Positions 54,966-64,000 of a DNA stretch of 64,000 nt are shown here, piece by piece (position 1 is the stretch's first letter; each line of letters begins with the position of its first letter). Under the pieces are notes generated by a model. That model searched no databases, was not told the DNA's origin, and saw only the letters and a program-made list of their open reading frames with translations. The stretch covers positions 35,092,001-35,156,000 of the forward strand of contig NC_043013.1 in the NCBI RefSeq assembly GCF_006345805.1. Direction: 5' to 3'. This DNA is from Octopus sinensis (taxonomy: Eukaryota). Made by a program: the position numbers and the translations under genes.

Positions 54966-55065
54966 TGAATAGATAGCTAGATATAGATGTAGATATTTAT
55001 GTGCATAGATGCTTAAATATATGTGTAGTTGAAGTCAAATCAAGTAAGACCAATTTCTAGACCTC

Positions 55066-55718
55066 TTTTACTCTTTTACTTGCTTCAGTCATTTGACTGC
55101 GGCCATGCTGGAGCACCGCCTTTGATCGAGCAACTCGACCCCGGGACTTATTCTTTGTAAGCCCAGTACTTATTCTATCAGTCTCTTTTTGCCGAACCGC
55201 TAAGTGACGGGGACATAAACACACCAGCATCGGTTGTCAAGCAATGCTAGGGGGACAAACACAGACACAAACACACACGCACACATATATATATACATAT
55301 ATACTCTTACTCTTTTTTTACTCTTTTACTTGTTTCAGTCAGTTGACTGCGGCCATGCTGGAGCACCACCTTTAGTCGAGCAACTCGACCCCGGGACTTA
55401 TACTGTGTAAGCCCAGTACTTATTCTATCGGTCCTTTTGCCGAACCGCTAAGTGACGGGGATATAAACACACCAGCATCGGTTGTCAAGCAATGCTAGGG
55501 GGACAAACACAGAGACACCAACACACATGCACACATATATATATATACATATATACGATGGGCTTCTTTCAGTTTCCGTCTACCAAATCCACTCACAAGG
55601 ATTTGGTTGGCCCGAGGCTATAGTAGAAGATACTTCCCCAAGGTGCCACGCAGTGGGATTGAAGCCGGAATCATGTGGTTGGTAAGCAAGCTACTTACCA
55701 CACAGCCACTCCTGCACC
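55066..55718 (-). mobile_element. SINE-A full copy (55305-55718) plus tandem 3' half (55066-55300)
   Basis: Two consecutive near-identical 3' modules. Confidence 0.85.
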
Positions 55719-56193
55719 TGTTTCACTCTAAGAAACATCTCCACCTTGGTCTCTCCATCACAGATGAGGACTTCCAATATGGCTCCTATGACTATCAAGG
55801 GAACTTCAAGTCAATTGACACTGACCAGCATCAGCCTGAACATCTGGATGCTGAAACCACTTGCAGACCCACAGACACACACGCACACACACACATTAGA
55901 CAATAAGCCCATATATCATCATCATCATCATCATCATCGTCGTCGTCGTCGTTGTCGTCGTCATCACCATCATCATTAGTATCAGCATTTAACATTTGTT
56001 GTCCATGCTGTCCGTGTTGTCCGTGAAGGTAAGCATGAGAAGCCAGATCAGACCACCTTGAACATCAAACATGCAGAATATTTGCACCCTATATGGCAGG
56101 TTTAAGGGCTAAAGCGTTAAGCTAATGGTGCCTCTCCCTGTCTTCATAATTTTTTCTTATAACATTTTTGATGCTCATTGGATTAAACATAAC

Positions 56194-56602
56194 ACTACAG
56201 TTCTGTATTTAAGAGATGAGGAATTATGTACATTATTTACATTATTTACATTTGACAGATATTTGTCCTCATCTTGTTTGTTTTTAAGGAAGAATAGGAA
56301 AATATTAGATTTATAAGCCCTAAAATTCACTCCATAATTGCCCATGGGCATATGGTGTAGTGATTAAGAGCACGGGCTACTAACCCTAGATTCTGAGTTC
56401 GATTCCAGGCAGTGACCTGAGTAATAATAATAACAATAATAATAATAATAACATTGAAAAATACCTTAGGAATGAGAACCCAGGTTAGAAATTTCCGCAA
56501 GACACCTGATGAAGTCTGGAGGGTATATTAGCCGAAATGTTGTGCTAACAACAAACAAGATGAGGGACAAATATCTGTCAAATGTAAATAATGTAAATAA
56601 TG
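56194..56602 (+). mobile_element. tRNA-head/(AAT)n/hammerhead-tail element, copy 2, with inverted partial tail upstream (56194-56283)
   Basis: A-box TGGTGTAGTGA (56353), B-box GAGTTCGATTCC (56395), (AAT)n at 56422-56451, tail to 56602. Confidence 0.8.
56501..56546 (+). ncRNA. Minimal type I hammerhead ribozyme motif
   Basis: GACAC CTGATGA A GTCTG-GAGGGTATAT-TAGCC GAAA TG TT GTGCT. Confidence 0.6.
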
Positions 56603-56998
56603 ATGATAACACTAAATAAACAGGAGCAAACACATCTGTGTGTTTTAACACTTCTGTGTGTTTTAACACATTTGCTGTTGTTTTTAAATTTTAAACACAT
56701 GAGCATGAGACCTGTTGTCTGACAACTTAACCTCTATATATTATAAATTGATTCTTCATGATGCAGACCTTTATCAGTTTTCTCAAACTTTAATGACTAT
56801 CTTTGAAAGATTAATTGCCCTTCGACCTGTTTTACTATGCTTTTTTTGTCTGCTTTTTTGAGGTTTTTTTTTTGTTTTTGCATTTTTAAACTCCCTCTCC
56901 CTTCCTCTCTGAAATACCTATGTAACTTTATTTAACAAAAACATAAGCATATGAACATAAAAACTGAGATCGATACACATTCCAAATGAATGCACACA

Positions 56999-57043
<45 letters not shown>

Positions 57044-57387
57044 GTATATGTAGTCCCAGATATTCTGATAATGTTGAATGTGGCAAGAAGCATTTTATGC
57101 CAAAGCCATATCTCAATTTTCCATTATGAAGCAAGATTTGGCAGCCATCATGAAATGTCGACATTCTTATGGGTTTAAGTCTCAATGAGTAAAAGGGGGA
57201 GGCAAAAACAAAAAAAAAATGTTTCTTAAAAAATACCTAACAACTATAATGGAATGGAACAAAAAGGAAAAAGAGAACAGAAAAGAAATAATCTAAAAAT
57301 TAACGCAACTAACCTAAGCCTTCAATTATTAAAATATGAAGTTGTTGCCTAAATGGAAACAACAGGGAAGGAAAAAAAATTATATAT

Positions 57388-58510
57388 ATGTTAACAATGA
57401 TGGTGATGATGATGATGATGATGATCATCATCATCATCATTAACACTGACACAATGATGACGACCATCACCACCATCATTGTCACCCCCCCACCACTACC
57501 ACCATCACCATCACCATCACCATCAACATCATCATCATCATCATCCTCATTATCACCACAACCACCATCATTGTTATTGTCATCATCATCCTCATCACCA
57601 CCACCACTATCACCATCATCACCATCAACATCATCATCATCATCCTCATTATCACCACTACCACCATCATTGTTGTTGTCATCATCACCACCACCAACAC
57701 CACCATTACCGCCACCACCATCATTGTTGTTGTCATCATCAACATCCCCGTTATGGTCGTCGTTATCATCATTATCATCATCATCATCCTCATCACTACC
57801 ACCACCACCATCACCACCACCATCATCATCCTCATCCTCCTCATCATCATCAGCATCCTTCTCATCATCATCATCATCCTCATCTACATCATCACCACTA
57901 CTACCACCACCACCAACAACAACACCACCACCACCATTACCATCACCACCAACACCACCACCATCATCATCTTCCTTATCACCACCACCACCACTATCAT
58001 TGTCGTCCTCATCATCATCATCACCACCAACATTACCACCACCATTACCACCACCACCATCGCCATCATCATCATCATCATGTCATCATCAACATCACCA
58101 TTATCGTCATCATCATCATCATCTTCATCATCCTCATCATCACTGCCACCACTACCACCACCAACACCACCATCATCATCATCACCACCATTATCATCTT
58201 CATCTTCATCATCATCAGCATTCTCATCACCAATACCACCACCACCAACAACAACAACAACAACAACACCACAACGAACACCACCACCAACACCACCACC
58301 ACCACCACCAACAACAACACCACCACCACCACCAGCATGACCATCACCACTACCATCATCATTGTCATCATCAAGATCACCACCACCATTACCACCACCA
58401 CCATCGTCATTATGATGTCATCAGCTTCACCATTATTGTCATCATCGTCATCACCATCATCATCTCTGTTATTACTACTATTCCTATTACCATTATTATT
58501 ATTGCCATTA
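57388..58510. repeat. About 1.1-kb mixed (CAT/CAC/CAA)n trinucleotide tract with higher-order duplication
   Basis: Direct reading; long ORFs in several frames reflect the absence of stop triplets. Confidence 0.9.
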
Positions 58511-59042
58511 TTAATAGTTATATTTTTGGTTGCTACGTATTATGGCTGTTAAATTCTGAAATAACAGTATAAATATATTCAACAAAATCTTTGAGGCACC
58601 TTGAAAATTGTATGTATTTTTCTATCTGAGCTATACAGTGGCATATGTCTCTGTACATTTATGACAAATATTCATATGTATGTATATGTATATATATATA
58701 TATATGTATGGTGAATGTCTGAATGTCAGTGTTTGTGTGCATGTATGTGTACATACACACATATATCACATATGCTAGCCATATTCATAAAGAGCTGGAG
58801 TTTAGATCTGTACATAGTTATATAGATATGTAGATACATACAAACATATACGCACAAACATATATATATATATAAACATATATATTATATATATTACATA
58901 TATATATACATATATATATATATATAAATTCATATCTACATTTATCTATATCTGTATATGCGTATATATATATATATATACATATATAAATTCATATCTA
59001 CATTTATCTGTATATGTATATGTATAATATATATATATATAT

Positions 59043-59073
<31 letters not shown>

Positions 59074-59558
59074 GTGTGTGTGTGTATATCTTTACTGCAG
59101 ATTGTGGTTTGTCTTCTTTTATGAATGTCATAATTAGTTTATGTAAATTTTGCAGAAAAATATGTATACAAAATGGTAATTTAGTAAAGGCCAAAAACAA
59201 GAAAACAGAAAGAAACTAATAAAAATGTGATAACAATAACTTTTGTAAAAATGCATTAATAAGAGAAATAATAAAAAAAAAATACTAATAATAATCACAC
59301 AATAAAACAAAGTTTTTTTCAAATGACAATTACAACAACATGAAGTAAAGAGGGAAACTGTAATTATCGTTCCTGATATACATGTTTGTATACATATATC
59401 TATATCATGTATATTGTGTGCGTTTATGTGTCAGCATGTGGAGTATATGCGTTTGCGTGTGCACACACATTATGCACAGGTACACATACACACATATTCA
59501 TATTCATATATACATATATATAAACATACACATATACATACATATATATGTATATATA

Positions 59559-59625
<67 letters not shown>

Positions 59626-60645
59626 ATATATTTTACGTACATATATTTTATAGCCATATATTTTGTATGAAGATGTATGAATGTATGATAAATGTATGCT
59701 GCCCACACAAACATATATATTTACACCAAAATACATTATAGAAACACATACGTAGAATCAAATATATAAGCGCGTGTACAAATATACATAAACTGATAAG
59801 ATAAACTTTTAAAATATAAAAATAAGAAAAATATGGAAAAAAAGTAAAAAGAAGAAGCAACAGAGAAAACAGATTTATGATAAAAACATTCCCAAAGCAA
59901 AAAAAAATAAAATGTTTGTTTTAAATGATGCCGAATGTAATTTTAACTGTACTATAGAATTGTTATAAAAATGTCTTCACCAAATGTAGGATTTCTTGTA
60001 ACTTTTTAAGTTTTATGTTATATTGTTTTCTGAAGTATTTTCTTTATTTTGTATTTGTTTCATCTCTGTCTTATGTTTTCATTTTATTAGTTTTTTTGTT
60101 AACTTAATAAATGAGAAGAGTAAAAAAAAAAATTGTTTAAGAAATATTGTATTTAAAATGAGAAGATATCATGTTTGTTCATTCGCAAAAACACATACAT
60201 AGATATACTAACATCTACACTACATTTATCTTATTCATATATATATATATAAAAATATTCTATGTAGATATATAAATAAATATATATATGTGTGTGTGTA
60301 TATATATATATATATGTGTGTGTGTGTATGTATATATATATACTTATGCATACCTGCAAGGAGATATGTATATGTGCAGATATGTGTTTGTTTTCATATA
60401 CACACATAAATTTATTTCACTTTCTTCTATGCCATGCTAAGTAGGTACCATAATTTTACCATTTATCATTAGAATATATGAATCTATTTTATCATAATGC
60501 CATGGTTCCTAGAGAAATATAAATATGTATACATGGAGCACATACATATATTTTAATTACATATATATATATACATAGATATACACACACATGAATGTAT
60601 ATTGCAATTATACATACATCCATGTACATATATATATATATAAAC

Positions 60646-60695
<50 letters not shown>

Positions 60696-61714
60696 TGTGG
60701 GGTGCTATGTACATGTTTATGTATGTATGTATATTCTGCAATGTATATTTGTATAGTTGCGACCAAGCCAGGATTCAGTTTTAAGTGATTGAATGAACTC
60801 AATGCTGTATATTAATTACTCACATTCATTTACACACTCAATGATCATAAACACACCTGTATGTATATACTACATATTATATGTATATTTATGTATTTCT
60901 GTATTTATATGTATATATATATTCATATATCTACTTGTGTGTACATCTTTGGGACTGTAAATGAATATCATAACTGAAAGCGTGTGTAGTAAGGCTGAAC
61001 ATGCTTCTTTAAATGAAAAAAACCAATATCTAATTTCATAGTCTTATCAAATAGGTAATCGAAGTTTAAGGCCGCCATTCTACAGCCTATGTATAAATTA
61101 TCTGTACGACTTCTACAATTTATTGTACTAAATTGTAAAGATAATTTATAGACAGGTTAAATAAGCATTGGTCTATTTTGAATTGTTTGTATTTGATGTC
61201 TTATGTACCAATATTCTTAAGTTCTCAGTTTTCTGACATGTTCTGTCAGGACTCAAAACATACAAAAGAATCCAAGTGTTTTTAACGTTTTGCCAAATTC
61301 ATGGGTGTTAGGAGGTTTAAGCTGTTTCTAAGAAAGTATTATGAGGGGCAGAGGTTTCAAATCCAAACTTAACATTTATTTTCATTATATTTTTTTTTCT
61401 TCCAGATTTTGGTTCCAACTTTGAATAATGAAATTTTTATTTGCAGTCAATATCCAATAAAAGATTCTTCAGCAATTACTATAAATAAATAAATAAATAT
61501 ATAAATAAATAAATAATACAAAAGAATAAAGTGAAGAAATCAAAATCATTTTCTCCAATCTTTTTCATCATCTCCCCCACCCCACATCCCATCACCATTA
61601 TTAGTGGTCTGATCAATATGGCTGTGCTACTTTAAATAAACTATGCTAAAGTGCAAGAAAGATGACCTAAATATGCTTAGTTCTTTTTAGTTATTAGAGA
61701 ATAAAAGAATATGC

Positions 61715-61777
<63 letters not shown>

Positions 61778-61797
61778 GTATATATATATACGCATAT

Positions 61798-61865
<68 letters not shown>

Positions 61866-62118
61866 TGTATGTATGTATGCATGCATGTATGTATATGTGT
61901 GTATAGGACAGATGGAGACATATATGCCAGCAGGAATCAATATATATGCTGCACATAAACGTATGTATGCACATGTACTTATGTTTGTGTGCATGCATGA
62001 ATGTCTAGCATAAATTTCCAATCATTTTAATGAACCGTAAAAAAAAAATAGGCAGACACATGCAAATAGCCAGCAGAAAGAAAGAAATATAAGACCGAAG
62101 GAAGCTAATCTGGATTTT

Positions 62119-62181
<63 letters not shown>

Positions 62182-62206
62182 CTCCAAATGGTAATGCCTA
62201 ATTTTC

Positions 62207-63021
62207 ATGCCCTGATGCAGTACCAGGCAGTGGCTCTCATGGCTTCTTATCTTAACTGATTAGAGGTGTTATCATGTACATTGTTTTTTCTTGATATAAA
62301 AGATGGGCTAACAGATTTGCTTGTCAGTTACTTGACCATAACCTTTGAGGCACCTTGAAAATTGTATGTATTTTTCTATCTGAGCTGGCAGAAATGTTAA
62401 CACGCCAGGCGAAATGCGTAGCCGTATTTTGTCTGCCATTACGTTCTGAGTTCAAATTCCGCCGAGGTCGACTTTGCCTTTCATCCTTTCGGGGTCGATT
62501 AAATAAGTATCAGTTACGCACTGGAGTCGATATAATTGACTCAATCTGTTTGTCTGTCCTTGTTTGTCCTCTCTGTGTTTAGCCCCTTGTGGGTAGTAAA
62601 GAAATAAGTTACTTGACCATAACTAGTTGAGCATGTCCCTTGGTGGCTGACGATATGTGCATCTCTGATCACAAGCAGAAGTAATGGGGGAGCATCATAG
62701 CCATGTGTTGAGAGGGATTCTTAGGGGTTTGAATAATTCACTTCTGGACAACATGGGTGTTTCGTTCAACATCCTTAAACAACCCTTATTCAGAGACCTT
62801 TTGAGCAGGATGGGTTCCTCGACCAGAAGAAAATTCTAACTGGGCCCCACCTGCAAGGTCATGTGCTGTTTATCTTGATATGAGATCACCATGTCGTGCA
62901 CATATGGTTGTGATGCATGTGCCTGGTGTGCCCCTATCAGACGGGTAGTAATAATGGGTATACAGGGCTTCGTATATTTTACCCCAGTGTCACTTTGATG
63001 GAATGCACTGCTCTCTCACTC
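62207..63021. mobile_element. About 560-bp (TAA)n-flanked element, copy 3 (opposite orientation), interrupted by a SINE
   Basis: ATGCCCTGATGCAGTACCAGGC start and CTGCTCTCTCACTC end. Confidence 0.85.
62343..62606 (+). mobile_element. Chimeric SINE-B insertion with 15-17 bp TSD and a 44-bp foreign 5' segment
   Basis: TSD AGTTACTTGACCATAAC at 62326-62342 and 62607-62623; 62343-62386 is identical to 58589-58632. Confidence 0.9.
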
Positions 63022-63083
<62 letters not shown>

Positions 63084-63114
63084 TAATAATAGCAACAACA
63101 ACAATAATTTTGTG

Positions 63115-63270
63115 GGGAGTGGGACAGTTGATTACATCAACCCAGTGTTTCACTTGTACTTAATTTATCGACCCTAAAAAGATGAAATGCAAAGTCGACC
63201 TTGGCAGAATTTGAACTCAGAATGCAAAGCCTTTTGCCCAACATGCTAAAAATTCTGCCAGCTTGCCGCC
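63115..63270 (-). mobile_element. SINE-B
   Basis: GTCGACCTTGGCAGAATTTGAACTCAGAA motif. Confidence 0.75.
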
Positions 63271-63775
63271 ATAACAACAACAACAACAACAACAATACAA
63301 ATAGTCTGCTGTTTATGGATAGCTGACACTTTCCATCAAACCTCGCAAAAAAAAAGCTGAGAGTTTTCATCAAATAATAATGATAATAATAATAATAGTT
63401 TACACATACTGATAACAATAATAACAGCAGACTAGGCGCACAAGTACTCTCAGAAACTAAATAACCTGAGAAATTGATATAATAACTGTTGAGATATGTT
63501 GCCAGGTACTGAGGAATGGTGCTAATCAATAACAAAGAATGAAAATATTCTTACCAATCAATAGTAATTTCTGCACGACTCTAATTAATATTTTGATATT
63601 CAACAGGGGAGTTTATTATTTAAAAATAATATATAAGTAAACGATTGTTATAAGATAAAAGAATACATGAATATAATTTCTTTTTATGAAGCACATAGGG
63701 TGCAATGCTTTTGTTAACAGAATCAACACTAATGCATTAAAGGATGAAATAAATGCTAAGTCAATTTCAGCAAAG

Positions 63776-64000
63776 TGAAGGTGCGTGACTCAGTAGTTAG
63801 AGTATCGGGCTCACAATCATGAGGTAGTGAGTTCAATTCTCAGACCGTGTTGTGTGTTGTGTTCTTGAGCAAGACACTTTATTTTATGTTGCTCCAGTTC
63901 ACTCAGCTGTAGAAATGAGTTGCAACGTCACTGGAGCCCCAAATTCTATTGGCTTTTGCCTTTCCCTTGGATAACATTAGTGGCATGATAAGGTGAGGCT
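63776..64000 (+). mobile_element. SINE-C, cut by the window end
   Basis: GACTCAGTAGTTAGAG head, GAGTTCAATTC B-box, TTCTTGAGCAAGACACTTT. Confidence 0.75.

Noticed and set aside
55764-55906. Second exon of a + strand MAD-initiated gene (would read MADDEDFQYGSYDYQGNFKS...)
   Set aside because: Phase-compatible, but there is no donor, it runs into (CA)n, and mixed frames resemble a decayed RTE C-terminus.
62207-62260. U1/U2 snRNA or HDV-ribozyme origin of the 560-bp element end
   Set aside because: Only patchy similarity; I could not assign consistent P1-P4 pairings by eye.

Overview
Eukaryotic, AT-rich, microsatellite-saturated DNA whose repeat content points to an octopus (coleoid cephalopod) genome; this is inferred from the SINE, RTE and mariner repertoire, not from a search. 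No host protein-coding gene can be called with confidence. Most ORF-track entries are translations of (TA)n/(CA)n/(TATC)n/(ATT)n/(CAT)n repeats. The window holds three tRNA-derived SINE families (working names SINE-A/B/C), RTE and CR1/L2 relics, mariner/maT/piggyBac/Helitron/Helentron-type elements, a 5'-truncated R4/Dong non-LTR element and a candidate promoter at about 49.8-50.6 kb. The most striking system is a short element made of a tRNA-like Pol III head, an (AAT)n linker and a tail with a minimal type I hammerhead ribozyme motif. It occurs twice (51.6-54.7 kb and 56.2-56.6 kb), each time with an inverted upstream copy of its own tail, as in Penelope-type insertions. In the first copy the (AAT)n linker has been invaded by the Dong element and by a recurrent 560-bp (TAA)n-flanked element. 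Further hammerhead-like motifs lie at 23.9, 31.0 and (degenerate) 34.0 kb. A SINE at 62.3 kb carries an exact 44-bp copy of sequence from 58.6 kb at its 5' end, inside its target-site duplication.
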